NCBI GenBank assembly: GCA_963716395.1
Contig: OY970309.1
Location: forward strand, 2,304,001 to 2,368,000
From: an uncultured Fibrobacteria bacterium
GTDB lineage: Bacteria; Fibrobacterota; Fibrobacteria; UBA11236
Reading direction: 5' to 3'
Length of the DNA stretch: 64,000 nucleotides
In this document: positions 1 through 10,437 of the stretch, piece after piece
How the letters are laid out: each line of letters opens with the position of its first letter
Numbering within the stretch: the first letter of the stretch is position 1
Position numbers and translations under genes: made by a program
Notes under the pieces: model-generated
Told to the model about the DNA's origin: nothing
The model's database searches: none
What the model saw: the letters and a program-made list of their open reading frames with translations, nothing else

Positions 1-284
1 AAAAGTTCTTCCCAGCCCTTGGCGATATTATTCCTCAAATGCATTTCGCCTCGACCGGCGACATGCCGGCGTGGACTCCTGATTATGGCCTAATTGTAAA
101 GGATGGGGCTTGCCGCTCCTCCCGTTCGCGAAGCGGCGTTTGAGGTTTTTTAAAACCGGGACTTGCGAATTGACTCAATCATTTCACAATGGTCAGGTTA
201 AATCCGCATCACTTTTCTCACCGTAAACCCGCCGAGAAATCCCTGGGAAAAGGCCGTGGGCGAAGGTGCTACATTCCCGGCGTG

Positions 285-1493
285 ATGCGCACACCGCTGG
301 CGGAAAAGCCCTCAGCCCTCGCTTGGCAATTGTATGTCCACGTTCCTTTTTGCGAACGCAAATGCCATTACTGCGATTTCGCCAGTTGGGAATCGCCGGG
401 CGTGACACAACGGGCCTGGGTAGAAACCGTGTTGCGCGAACTCGATCATGCCGCCGCGCGGCGGCCTGAGTTGCGCCTCGACACGGTTTTTTTCGGCGGC
501 GGCACGCCGTCGGTGCTGCCCGTCGCCTCGCTCGCGCGCATCGTGGCGCGCATGCGGGAACGGTTCGATTGTTCCGGTATCGCGGAAATGACTTTGGAAG
601 CCAATCCCAGCAGTTTGACACAGGAGAAATTGCGCGCCTGGCGCGGACTGGGTTTTGATCGCGTCAGCATCGGCGTGCAGAGTTTCGACGCCGAAGAGCT
701 GCGCTTGCTGGGCCGCGTGCACTCGCCTGAAGGCGCCGAGGCGGCCTTGGAAGCCCTGGCGGCGGAGAGTGGATTGCGCTTCAGCGCCGACCTGATTTTC
801 GGCTTGCCGGGTCAAACCCGGGAAGGCTTCTTGAACAACCTCGAAAAACTCTTGCGTTACCATCCCGGTCACGTTTCCTTCTATGGCCTCACGGTGGAAG
901 ACGGCACCGAGTTCGCGCGCCGACAGGCCGCCGGCAGGCTGGTTTTGCCCGAGGCAGAGGCCTACGGCGCCATGTACCGCTCGGGCGTGGAACGTCTGCG
1001 GCAGTCGGGGTGGCGGCGTTACGAAGTTTCGAATTTCGCGCGACCCGGCCAGGAATGCCGGCACAACCAAGGCTATTGGCGCGGTGCGCCGTTTCTTGCC
1101 CTGGGTCCGGGGGCGCATGGTTTCGACGGTACGCGGCGCTGGATGAATCCCCGCGAGTTGGACGACTATTTGCGCTGGGGCGAAGCTGGTTTTTCCGAGG
1201 AATCGGTGACGTGGGATGTACTCGACGCCGATGCCGGTCTCAGCGAAGCCGTCTCTTTGGGGTTGCGACAGGCGCGCGGGTTTGATTCTGAAGCGGTGGG
1301 TACGGCGTTCGGGGTGCATTGGCCCGAGTCGGCCTGGGTCAAATGGGAACGGGCCGGATGCCTGGAACGCGTTGCGGGCTTTGCCCGTCTAGGCGACGAG
1401 GGATGGCTTTTGCTCGACGAAATTTGTGCCGATCTTTTAGCAAAAGCCAGGCCGGTAAAGTCGCTTACCCATGCTGTAGCCATGCCGGTTTGA
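285..1493 (+). CDS. hemW: Radical SAM heme chaperone HemW (HemN-like)
   Basis: LYVHVPFCERKCHYCDF (CxxxCxxC), FFGGGTPS, YEVSNFA and the HemW-type HNxxYW motif (HNQGYW); lacks the HemN PRYTSYP N-terminus. Start GTG282/ATG285 preferred over 189. Confidence 0.88.
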   Translation: MRTPLAEKPSALAWQLYVHVPFCERKCHYCDFASWESPGVTQRAWVETVLRELDHAAARRPELRLDTVFFGGGTPSVLPVASLARIVARMRERFDCSGIAEMTLEANPSSLTQEKLRAWRGLGFDRVSIGVQSFDAEELRLLGRVHSPEGAEAALEALAAESGLRFSADLIFGLPGQTREGFLNNLEKLLRYHPGHVSFYGLTVEDGTEFARRQAAGRLVLPEAEAYGAMYRSGVERLRQSGWRRYEVSNFARPGQECRHNQGYWRGAPFLALGPGAHGFDGTRRWMNPRELDDYLRWGEAGFSEESVTWDVLDADAGLSEAVSLGLRQARGFDSEAVGTAFGVHWPESAWVKWERAGCLERVAGFARLGDEGWLLLDEICADLLAKARPVKSLTHAVAMPV

Positions 1494-1637
1494 CAGGCTT
1501 TTGCCCGGTTGCTTTGCCGGTTTACCCAGCGGGTAAAGTTTTATTCCAGGCGCAGTTTATACAAATAATCAGCGTAAAAGTACATATCACATATTCCCAT
1601 AACCTCTACACTCTAAAAACTAGCGAGGAGGAGTTTT

Positions 1638-3422
1638 ATGCACCGAAGCAAATGGATTTTGTCATGCGTTTTGAGCATGGCTTGGTGCGCTTCCAGTTGG
1701 GCCGTCGATCTGGGCACTTATAAAGGCTGTGACGCTACCGATGCGCAATTCGTAACCACCCGAATTTACCAAGGGCCTTATCAGGCCATCGGTCAAAGCA
1801 ATACGCAGAATTCGGTGTTGAAGGTGGCCTTCGATGCCAATGCCAATAATTTCGCCGATGTTTATTTCATCTTGAAGGCTGGAACCGTCGCGCGCTACAA
1901 TGCCGCGACCAGCACCATCGACACCCTCGGCCATCTCAGCGTCGATACCTTTGGGGAACATGGTTTGATCGGCATCGCCTTGGATCCCAATTTCAAAACC
2001 AATCGTTACATGTATTTCGACTATATGGTCATTGGATCCGGCAATACTTATGTCTTCCGTATCTCCCGGTTTACCTTGGGAGCGGGAACCACCGGTAAAC
2101 TCGACATGTCCTCCGAAAAAATCCTGCTTACTATTCCCCGTCACGATAATTCCGATAACGGTTGGCACACGGCCGGCGATATGAGCTTCGACGCCTACGG
2201 CGATCTCTGGTGCGCCATCGGCGACAACGAGAACACCGAGCTTTCCGCGGGCAATACCGCCGATTTGCGCGGAGGGATTCTGCGCATCCATCCCGACTCC
2301 TCGGCGCGGGGCTTCAGCATTCCCAAGGGAAATTTCGGCGAAACCTTTGCCAGCTACTTTACTTCGCAGGGTAACGCCACCGTGGCGGCCCAGTATCAGG
2401 ACACGACCAAGGTGCGTGCGGAGATCTACGTGAAAGGTACCCGCAACGCTTACACCATGGCCTTGGATCCCGTGCGACGTTGGGTATCATGGGGAGAGGT
2501 GGGGCCGGATCAGGGCAAGGTTGCCGAGGAATACAACATGGTGCGCTCCCCTGTTTATGGCGGATGGCCTTATTTCGCCGGACAGGAAAACATGGGCGCC
2601 GGTTCTTCCACCGGCGGACCATCCGGCGGACCCTATGGAATACCCGTGCCGCTTCAGTCCGATCCGAACAACATCATGAACAAAAATACCGGCATTAACG
2701 GCGTGGTAAACCTGCCGCCCAACCACAACCCCATTTTTGCGAAGACGCAAGCTTGCGCCATGGGCGGGCCGATTTTCGTCTATAACGGCAGCAACACACG
2801 GAAAACCCAATTCCCGCCGCAATTCAACCATAAATGGCTGATTGGGGATTGCGAAGGTAATTACGGCTATCGGCTTCTGACCTTCGATTCGGCGGGCGAT
2901 ACCATCACTTCGGCGGCGGACAATCTTAAAATTTTCGCCGGGAGCAATGTTCCCCAAACCAATACCTTGGTCGATATGAAGCAAGGCCCGGATGGCTCGC
3001 TGTATATCGTCGACTGGGGTAACAGCGCCATTTACCGCGTGGACTATAACGGAACCTGCCAGGATTCCACGCTGCTGGCGGATAAAACCGGTTGCGCCGA
3101 TCCGACGGCATCGAATTACAATCCCAGCATTCCTACGGCTTACAACGATCCCAGGCTTTGCACTTATGGCGACATTGCCATAACCGGAAAGGTTTTTCAC
3201 TACAACCCGGTGCAATTGTCGGGAAATATGTTGACGGTATCCCTGACGGGCGGGTATGGAATTCAAATCTCGGACGTTTCCGGACGCCTGGTTTTCGCCA
3301 TGAGCGGCGAAGGCAACAAGACCTATCAAATTCCGGCTTTCGCACATTCCGGTATTTACCAACTGCAAGTCAAAGGCGTGGCCGGCACTTTTACCCAACG
3401 GTATTTGAATCTGACGCCTTAG
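1638..3422 (+). CDS. Secreted PQQ-dependent glucose/sorbosone dehydrogenase family protein with C-terminal sorting-like domain
   Basis: GGAGGAG RBS, signal peptide, motifs GEHGLIGIALDPNF, HTAGDMSFD, GTRNAY, GEVGPD, GPDGSLYIVD; tail ISDVSGRLV...SGIYQLQV. Confidence 0.8.
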   Translation: MHRSKWILSCVLSMAWCASSWAVDLGTYKGCDATDAQFVTTRIYQGPYQAIGQSNTQNSVLKVAFDANANNFADVYFILKAGTVARYNAATSTIDTLGHLSVDTFGEHGLIGIALDPNFKTNRYMYFDYMVIGSGNTYVFRISRFTLGAGTTGKLDMSSEKILLTIPRHDNSDNGWHTAGDMSFDAYGDLWCAIGDNENTELSAGNTADLRGGILRIHPDSSARGFSIPKGNFGETFASYFTSQGNATVAAQYQDTTKVRAEIYVKGTRNAYTMALDPVRRWVSWGEVGPDQGKVAEEYNMVRSPVYGGWPYFAGQENMGAGSSTGGPSGGPYGIPVPLQSDPNNIMNKNTGINGVVNLPPNHNPIFAKTQACAMGGPIFVYNGSNTRKTQFPPQFNHKWLIGDCEGNYGYRLLTFDSAGDTITSAADNLKIFAGSNVPQTNTLVDMKQGPDGSLYIVDWGNSAIYRVDYNGTCQDSTLLADKTGCADPTASNYNPSIPTAYNDPRLCTYGDIAITGKVFHYNPVQLSGNMLTVSLTGGYGIQISDVSGRLVFAMSGEGNKTYQIPAFAHSGIYQLQVKGVAGTFTQRYLNLTP

Positions 3423-3837
3423 TCTGACAGGCGGGGGGTGCCAAACGCACCCCTCTCATCTACAGCGCACTTCCTCATCCCTCAATCCCCGCCTTGGAAT
3501 CCTCGGGTCGTCGTGCCTGCGAATTCTGAGCCCGACCATTCAGTTCTCGGTTACTGAACCATAGGCGGATTCAGATCGGCCCCGGATCTTCAAATCTTAG
3601 GAAGTGGGTTTGAGATCCCGCGACAGACTCGGGAACCAGGTCCCAAGTCCCAAGTCTGGGGAGCAAAATCGCGATTACTCAATGTCGCCGGAGCGTAGTC
3701 CTAATCTTAATCTGAAGGCGACGCGGAAAAAGCCTTCACCTGCAAATCCGTTTGCGGCGCGAGTTGGCGGCCAAAACTCGCGACGTGAACATCCGCTCCG
3801 TTGGTCAGGACAAATGCGGACCCAGGTCCACTCAGAA

Positions 3838-4893
3838 TTACGGTACGATGAATTTCGTCGCGTGAAACCCGTCGCTTGCCCGCACGGTGACCATATATAC
3901 GCCACTCGGTTGGCCCTTAAACGGGAATTGACCTTGCCTTGTGACCGTGGCCGCGATCGCCCCGCCCTTGGTATTTCGAACCAAGACCCGGGTATTTTCC
4001 CCCACTCCGCGGAGTCGTACGATTCCTGACAGGTAAGTCGCTGAAATGGGGTCACGGGCTGCGTTCAGCTTCAGGAGACGGACCTCGGTAGGATTGTTCA
4101 ACGAGAACTGTTTGAAAAAGGCCCACACCTCGTTGGATTGGTTCAGCCGGTTCGCGGCGGGCCATTGATGCCCCTCGCCCTGGATGGAATCGGCCACCAC
4201 GTAGCTTCCCTGGGCGCAGGGCCCATAGCTGATACGTGTGACCCCGGAATTCGGATTGGTGGCCGGATAGGGGCGGGTGATGGTCGGTGTGGAGGGACAG
4301 CTATCCAGATTCGTCCAAATGTCGAGGTCGGCGATGAAGGTGGGCGGAGCCGTGATGTCATTGGTTCCGAAGGTCATAAACATTGGCACCGGACGCGTGA
4401 GGGTACAGGTCGTGTTGGAGTGGCCGGATACCGGCGCCACCGCGGCGAAAACATCGGAGTAATTGCACCCGGCTACGAAACTGATGATCCCGCCCTGGGA
4501 AAATCCCGTCATATAGACGCGGTTGCGATCGATATGGTACCGGGCGTCCAGCGTGTCGATAATCGCCAGGAAAAAGGGGAAGTTGGTGGTGCCATACATA
4601 TCGTTCCAGGTTCCAGTGCTTCCATCGCTGGATGCACTGGGATAGGCCGCAATGAATTTGTCCTGGTCGGCGGTAGCATCCCCTTTGGTATCGTTTTCAA
4701 ATTCGGCACCGCTTCCGTTGGCGCCGTGGATAAACAACACCAGGGGAGGTTTGTTGATGCCGCTGGGCACATGCACGACACAACTATGGGTCTGACCGGA
4801 AAGCTGAAAACTCAGTGTCGTCGTGGTCTGTGCGAATCCGGAGGCCGCCAGCGACGCAAATATTCCTACCGCCAAAAGCCGAAAATGAGCCAT
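3838..4893 (-). CDS. Secreted alpha/beta-hydrolase (PHB depolymerase/feruloyl esterase-like, CE1) with C-terminal sorting-like domain
   Basis: Signal peptide, PLVLFIHG, nucleophile elbow TGFSQGG, GEGHQWP; tail NTKG...PSGVYMVTV; AGGAG RBS. Confidence 0.8.
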   Translation of the reverse strand: MAHFRLLAVGIFASLAASGFAQTTTTLSFQLSGQTHSCVVHVPSGINKPPLVLFIHGANGSGAEFENDTKGDATADQDKFIAAYPSASSDGSTGTWNDMYGTTNFPFFLAIIDTLDARYHIDRNRVYMTGFSQGGIISFVAGCNYSDVFAAVAPVSGHSNTTCTLTRPVPMFMTFGTNDITAPPTFIADLDIWTNLDSCPSTPTITRPYPATNPNSGVTRISYGPCAQGSYVVADSIQGEGHQWPAANRLNQSNEVWAFFKQFSLNNPTEVRLLKLNAARDPISATYLSGIVRLRGVGENTRVLVRNTKGGAIAATVTRQGQFPFKGQPSGVYMVTVRASDGFHATKFIVP

Positions 4894-4988
4894 GGGATCT
4901 CCTTTTTCGGGAATATAATGTCCATTCCGCCCTTCGCCCCGGGACTATTTGGAACCTGACACGCTTTTCTGATTCGGATATTTCGACC

Positions 4989-5074
4989 GGTTCGACAAGC
5001 TCACCGGTCTACCCCCCCGGCTGGTTCGACAAACTCACCAGCCGTACTCCCTTGTCCGGTAAGCTTGTCGAACC
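4989..5074. repeat. REP-like cluster: three 17-bp units (direct, direct, inverted)
   Basis: GGTTCGACAAGCTCACC 4989-5005, GGTTCGACAAACTCACC 5023-5039, inverted GGTAAGCTTGTCGAACC 5058-5074. Confidence 0.8.
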
Positions 5075-5118
5075 GCCGGAGGGCATCGACCGCGGATTGA
5101 GACGGAGTTAAACGGCAA

Positions 5119-5490
5119 TTAGACCCTGAGCACACCGCGGAAACCCCGGGCCGCATAGTACGACTCCGCGCCGTTATGGTAGGTGAAAAACGAATCGTAG
5201 CGGCGATCACAAAAGATGGCGCCGCCGCGCTGACGGATGGCGGAAGGCGTTTTCACCCAGCTGGAGCTTTTGGCGTCAAAGTTTCCGAGTTTCTGCAGCT
5301 CGCGATACCGGGCTTCGGTCAAGAGTTCGATACCCAGGGCGGCGGCCATACCGACCGCGCTGGCTACAGGTTTGAATTCTTTTCTCGCCTCCAACGCTTC
5401 GGGGTCATAACAAAGGCTTCTGCGGCCCTTGGGGGCTTTCCGCCGAACAATCATAAAACAGAAATTCCTTCATCTTTTTATGGCCTTTGT
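5119..5490 (-). pseudogene. DUF4256-family remnant, frameshifted and lacking an N-terminus
   Basis: C-terminal KGRRSLCYD...IFCDRRYD...YHNGAESYYAARGFRG. The preceding conserved FYDCSAESP is in another frame, with the shift at the G5 run 5431-5435. 5' limit approximate. Confidence 0.7.
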
Positions 5491-5674
5491 GGTTGGTTCT
5501 ACCCGCGAATGCCTCCATGCCCTCATCTCCAATCAATTGCCAAGACGGAAACGGCTCCCATGCCCGGCTTGCCCCTTTGTTTTTACGACAATAATGGATC
5601 CGCCGCCGTTACAGTCTCGAAGGAAAGAATGTCTACTTCTTAAGCCGAGGGGCTTCAAGTGTGAGGGGGGAATC

Positions 5675-6898
5675 ATGCGAAAAATCATCAAACTCATCGT
5701 CGGGTCGATGCTGACGGCGGCAGGCGGGAGCGTCTGCGCGCAACCGCAATGGGCCTTGGACACCACCTTGTCCACCGGGCAATTATCGCAGGGCATCGCC
5801 ATCACACCCGACAATACCAAAATCATCGTCACCGACAACGTCACGCCCAGCGCGATCCAGATTATCTCCACGGCCGACTATTCGATGGTCACGGTGACCT
5901 ACACTGCCGACGGTTTTCCCAATGCCGTGGCGGTGACGCCCGACGGGTCCGCTGCCCTGGTCAACACCACGCATCAGACGCTTTATATCAATCTGGCGAC
6001 GGATTCCGTCAGCGATTTTTTCGCGGCGCCCTGCGTCGCAACCACCCTGTACGGCCTCGCGGTGTACGGCGCATCCGCCGTTTATCCCGACCTCAGTTCG
6101 GGCTGCACCGAACAGGGGTTGCGGTTCATCAATGCGGAACTGCCTAATTCCGCTTCGACCTTCGTGCCGATCGCCACCAAGGGGGAATTGACCGGAATCG
6201 GAATCCTGGGGAATACGGCGTTGGTGACGGCCTGGAACGCGGCGCCCGTGCTGGTCAATCTCGCCACCTCCGACACGCAAACCATCGGCGGCATGACCGA
6301 GTCCTACGGCGTGGCCATGTTGCATCACAGCAATGAGGCCCTGGTCTTTGACGGCGACTCGGTGGATCGGGTTTCGCTCGCCACCGGGTCCATTTCCAAA
6401 AAAATAGCGCCCCTGTCTTCCAACACCGGATTCCAAAACCTCGCCATCACCAAGGACGACAAGTACGCTTTCGCGATCGGCTCTTTTGAAGAACGGATCA
6501 TCGCTCTGGCCAATGACTCGGTGCTCCAAACTTTTCCCATCGGGGGCGTCAGCGTCGCCGCCGATTCGGATGGCTCGGCGTTTTACGTTACCGACAGCTA
6601 TGGCGGGCAGGTGCGGGTTTATAAAGCTGTCGGTAACTCTTCCCTCAGCGGCCTGAAAAAAATTCCATCGGGGATTTTCGTTTTCCCCAGCGTCACGTCC
6701 GGAATCATTACGATCCGGGGATCGGGGGAAAACGCCGCGGTGAATATTTACAACATGCTGGGCGTCACGATTTACCATGCGGATTTTCTGGCGCTGCGGC
6801 AGGAGTCGGTGGATTTATCCGCCCGGCCGAAAGGAATCTACGCCGTCAAAGTCAGAGCCGGCAATCAGGTCGGAATGCAAAAAATCCTGATTCAATAA
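5675..6898 (+). CDS. Secreted YVTN/YncE-like beta-propeller protein with T9SS-type C-terminal domain
   Basis: GAGGGGGG RBS before ATG5675, signal peptide, blade repeats (GIAITPD, AVAVTPDG, LAITKDD), CTD VFPS...IYNMLG...PKGIYAVKV...KILIQ. Confidence 0.75.
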   Translation: MRKIIKLIVGSMLTAAGGSVCAQPQWALDTTLSTGQLSQGIAITPDNTKIIVTDNVTPSAIQIISTADYSMVTVTYTADGFPNAVAVTPDGSAALVNTTHQTLYINLATDSVSDFFAAPCVATTLYGLAVYGASAVYPDLSSGCTEQGLRFINAELPNSASTFVPIATKGELTGIGILGNTALVTAWNAAPVLVNLATSDTQTIGGMTESYGVAMLHHSNEALVFDGDSVDRVSLATGSISKKIAPLSSNTGFQNLAITKDDKYAFAIGSFEERIIALANDSVLQTFPIGGVSVAADSDGSAFYVTDSYGGQVRVYKAVGNSSLSGLKKIPSGIFVFPSVTSGIITIRGSGENAAVNIYNMLGVTIYHADFLALRQESVDLSARPKGIYAVKVRAGNQVGMQKILIQ

Positions 6899-6900
6899 AA

Positions 6901-6923
6901 CCGGCAGGATTTTTTCCTGGCGG
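6901..6923 (+). terminator. Possible stem-loop after the beta-propeller gene
   Basis: CCGGCAGGA-TTTTT-TCCTGGCGG directly after the stop; no clear U-tract. Confidence 0.3.
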
Positions 6924-7023
6924 CGGAAGGGCTTGGTCCCATTCCGCCTTGGCCTTGCAAGCGGCATCGGCAAAACGCCGCGCCAGCATTTCTATTTGTG
7001 AATCAAATGGTATCTTGGCTGCC

Positions 7024-7710
7024 GTGAAAATCCTCCTCCTTGAGGATGAGGCCGAACTCGCCCAATCCATTTCCACCTTCCTGAAAAAGGGCGGCCACAT
7101 CGTCGAGGTCGCGTCTTCCCTGGTGGCCGCCCGGCAAGCCTTGGCCAATGTCCAGGATTGCGTGCTCGTGGACATTTTGCTCCCCGATGGAAACGGCCTG
7201 GATCTCCTCCGGGAACTCAAGTCGGGGAACCCGGAAATCGGGATTATCATCATTTCGGCCAAGGATTCCGTGGGCGATAAGATTCATGGCCTGGAATTGG
7301 GAGCGGACGACTACCTGGCCAAACCCTTCCATCTCGGCGAACTCCATGCGCGTATCAAGTCGCTCGCCCGGAGAAAGCAGCGCCAAGGCTCGACCGTTCT
7401 CGAATGCGGAGGCATTCGGTTGCATCCGGACTCGATGGAAGCGCTCATCCGCGGCCAGACCCTGGCGCTGACTCCCAAGGAGTTCGAATTGCTCCTGTAT
7501 TTTATGACCAACCGCAATCGCGTCCTGTCCAAGCAATCTTTGCTAGAGCACCTCTGGGAAAACATGGCGCTCGGCGCCGATTCGCATGATTTCATCTATG
7601 CCCACATCAAAAACCTGCGCCGGAAAATTTTCCAATCCGGAGGCGAGGATCCCATCAAGACGGTGTATGGTCTGGGCTACCGCTTCGTCGCCGAGCCGCC
7701 CGACTCGTGA
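7024..7710 (+). CDS. OmpR-family response regulator
   Basis: ILLLEDE, LVDILLPDGNG, GADDYLAKPF, LTPKEFELL, HIKNLRRK, TVYGLGY; GTG start at 7024. Confidence 0.92.
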   Translation: MKILLLEDEAELAQSISTFLKKGGHIVEVASSLVAARQALANVQDCVLVDILLPDGNGLDLLRELKSGNPEIGIIIISAKDSVGDKIHGLELGADDYLAKPFHLGELHARIKSLARRKQRQGSTVLECGGIRLHPDSMEALIRGQTLALTPKEFELLLYFMTNRNRVLSKQSLLEHLWENMALGADSHDFIYAHIKNLRRKIFQSGGEDPIKTVYGLGYRFVAEPPDS

Positions 7711-8985
7711 AGCTACTCACCAAAACCACCCTCGTCACCGCCGTTACATCTCTGTTACTGGCCCTTCCGGCGGGCTGGGTGGGATACCGCTTGGTGCAGG
7801 CGGAGGTCGGCAAGGAGGTGGACGGACAACTCCTTTCCCTGGCGGCCTCCCTGCAAGGGCAACTCGCCGGCCTGATTGCGGTTTCACCCATCGGGGCCCG
7901 CATCCGGGTCGATGCGATTCCCGCGGATAGCCTCCCCTCCGCGGTTTTCCGGGACACCCTGCTGCCCGATCCCATCGAAGGGGAACCCGTTCCTTTCCGC
8001 CTGTACGCTTATTCCGCCTGGGAAAACGGAAAACATTTCCACATCCTCCTGGGACTCCCGCGCTTGGAATCGGATGATTTGCTGGGAGACATCGCCATTT
8101 CCTTGGGAACCATCTTGGCCTTGCTCCTCGCGGGTTTGCTGGGGACCAACCTGGCGGTGTCCCGCAGCGTATGGAAACCATTCCGGCAAACCCTGGCCGC
8201 GCTTGCGACCCATGACTGGTCCAAACCGGACGCTCTCAGCCTTCCATCCACGCGCATACGGGAGTTCCAAACCCTGAACGCAACCCTTGCGGATATGAGC
8301 GAACGCATCCGAAGCCACATCAGTAACCTCCGCGATTTCACGGGAAACGCAGCGCATGAGATGCAGACACCGTTGGCCGTCGTCCTGGCCAAGCTGGAAA
8401 ATCTTCCGGACGCGGGCGCTTGGACTCCGGAACAGGCGCGGGAAATACAGGATATGCACGCGGCCACCGTCCGACTTGGTGCGTTTGAACAAGGCATTGC
8501 TGCTGCTGACCCGGCTGGAAGGGGAACATTTCCTCAAGCGGGTTCCGTTCGATCTGGGGGCGGAAGCGCTTCGCCTCCTCCAGGACTTTTCCGACCTCCT
8601 GGAAATGAAACGCATTCACGTTGAGGTTCACCCCGGTCCATCCCTGGTGGCGAACCTAAATCCCGACCTCGCCGCCATCCTCCTCTCCAACCTCATTCGC
8701 AATGCGATTCAGCACAATCTCTCCGGCGGCACCCTCACCTTACGCACGGGTGCGAACGCGCTCATCCTGGAGAATACGGGGGAGCCGTTGGGCGTTCCCC
8801 CCGAATCCCTGTTTGAACGTTTCCACAAGGGTAATCCCACCTCGGAATCCACCGGCCTCGGCCTTTCCATCGCACGAAAAATCTGCGACCTGAGCGGCCT
8901 CGATCTGGAATACGCATACCGCGAGGGGTTGCACACCCTGACCCTGAGAACGCGACTTCAGAATTCCATCAGAATTGGATTGTAG
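7707..8985 (+). pseudogene. Sensor histidine kinase split by a 1-nt insertion near 8476 (real lesion or sequencing error)
   Basis: ORF 7707-8624 carries the TMs and H-box (FTGNAAHEMQTPL); ORF 8356-8985 carries RLNKALLLL, NLIRNAIQH, LFERFHK, GLGLSI. Removing one base in CGACTTGGTGCGT joins them. Confidence 0.85.
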
Positions 8986-9078
8986 CTTGGTCCGCTCACA
9001 ACTTGGTTGCCGTAATCTTGGTGCCGTTTTCACCAAGGAGTCGAAGATGTCCCACCAAATATCCGCAAGCTTGGCTAT

Positions 9079-10437
9079 ATGCGCCGCTATTTAATCATCG
9101 TTTTGGGAATTTTGGCCGGGTGCGCCACGTATCATCCAAAACCTATTTCACCGGAAAAAACGGCGCATGCTTTCGAGGCGCGGTCGCTGTCGGATAGCAA
9201 TCTCGTGGCGTTTTTGAAAACGAACGGCTTCAGCGGTTCGTGGGATCTACCATCGTTGACGCTGGTGGCATTTTATTGTCAGCCGGCGCTGGCCGAAGCG
9301 CGCGCGCAATGGGCAATGGCTGCCGCCGGAAAGATCACCGCCGGCGAACGGCCAAATCCGAACCTTGGTTTCACACCCACGCGCGACGTGACAACCGCTC
9401 CGCCATGGATTTTTGGGGTGACCTGGGACATCCCGATTGAAACCATGGGCAAACGCGGCCAACGCATTGCGCAGGCAAAAAATCTGACGGAAGCGGCGAA
9501 ATGGGATTTCGTTTCCGCGGCGTGGCAGGTGAGAAGTCGCGTTCGCGCGGCGCTGCTCGCGCTTTATGCCGCGCGCGAAAATGATTCGCTGTCCGCGGAG
9601 CAGGAGGCCGCGCAAAGCCAAGTTGTTCGCCTGCTCGCAGGCCAGTTCTCCGCCGGCAGCATTTCGAGTTTTGCCGTCACGCAGGCCCGCGTCGCTTTGG
9701 AAAACACCCAATTGGCGCGTCAGGATGCCCTCGGCCAATTGGATCAGGCGCGTGTGCAATTGGCCGCCGCGCTCGGCCTGCCGCTGCGCGCGCTCGACAG
9801 CGTGGACATTTCTTTCGAAGACTTCCAAAATTTTCCTGCCGATTTGACGGCACCGAAAACCCTGCGGGAAGCGGTTTTGAACCGCGCCGACATTCGCAGC
9901 GCGCTGGCCAGTTATGCCGCGAGCCAATCCGCGCTGCAATTGGAAATTGCCAAGCAATATCCCGACATTCATCTCGGTCCCGGCTATGAATTGGATCAGA
10001 CGGACAATAAATGGTCGCTGGGCCTGTCTTTGGATTTGCCGATTTTGAACCATAATCAAGGCGGCGTTGCCGAAGCGAAAGCCAATCGCGCCGCCGCGGC
10101 CGCGCATTTTCTCACCGTGCAGACCAATGCGATTGCAGAAATCGGTTTGGCGATGGCCGGCTATCGCGCCGCGTTGCGCAAATCGGCGACGGCGAAAAAT
10201 CTGCTGGACGATTTGCAGCAGCAATTGCAATCCGTGCGTGCGCAGGCCCAAGCCGGGGAAATCGACGCCTTGACGCTGGCGAACGCGGAAGTGGAATTCA
10301 TCCTCGGGAAGCAAAATCACATGAACGCCATCCTGCAAGCGCAGCAGGCCTTCGGGCAGTTGGAGGACGCAGTGCAGAGCCCGCTGACGCTGAAACCATC
10401 GGAAATAAACGCGGTGCAAAACCAAGGTCAAGAATGA
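9079..10437 (+). CDS. TolC-family outer membrane efflux lipoprotein
   Basis: Lipobox LAGC, two OEP repeats (RPNPNL...WDIPI; QYPDIHLG...LDLPILNHNQG). Confidence 0.88.
   Translation: MRRYLIIVLGILAGCATYHPKPISPEKTAHAFEARSLSDSNLVAFLKTNGFSGSWDLPSLTLVAFYCQPALAEARAQWAMAAAGKITAGERPNPNLGFTPTRDVTTAPPWIFGVTWDIPIETMGKRGQRIAQAKNLTEAAKWDFVSAAWQVRSRVRAALLALYAARENDSLSAEQEAAQSQVVRLLAGQFSAGSISSFAVTQARVALENTQLARQDALGQLDQARVQLAAALGLPLRALDSVDISFEDFQNFPADLTAPKTLREAVLNRADIRSALASYAASQSALQLEIAKQYPDIHLGPGYELDQTDNKWSLGLSLDLPILNHNQGGVAEAKANRAAAAAHFLTVQTNAIAEIGLAMAGYRAALRKSATAKNLLDDLQQQLQSVRAQAQAGEIDALTLANAEVEFILGKQNHMNAILQAQQAFGQLEDAVQSPLTLKPSEINAVQNQGQE

Noticed and set aside
1-80. Possible 5' end of a minus-strand gene (MHLRNNIAKGWEEL) running off the window
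   Set aside because: Too short to support a call.
3430-3830. Hairpin-rich intergenic region and ORFs 3604-4029 / 3675-4055 as ncRNA or CDS
   Set aside because: No recognisable RNA family or protein motif; the hairpins are compatible with terminators of convergent genes.
4989-5074. CRISPR array interpretation of the 17-bp repeats (also 44554-44638)
   Set aside because: Only two direct units plus an inverted one, repeats and spacers too short, no cas genes.
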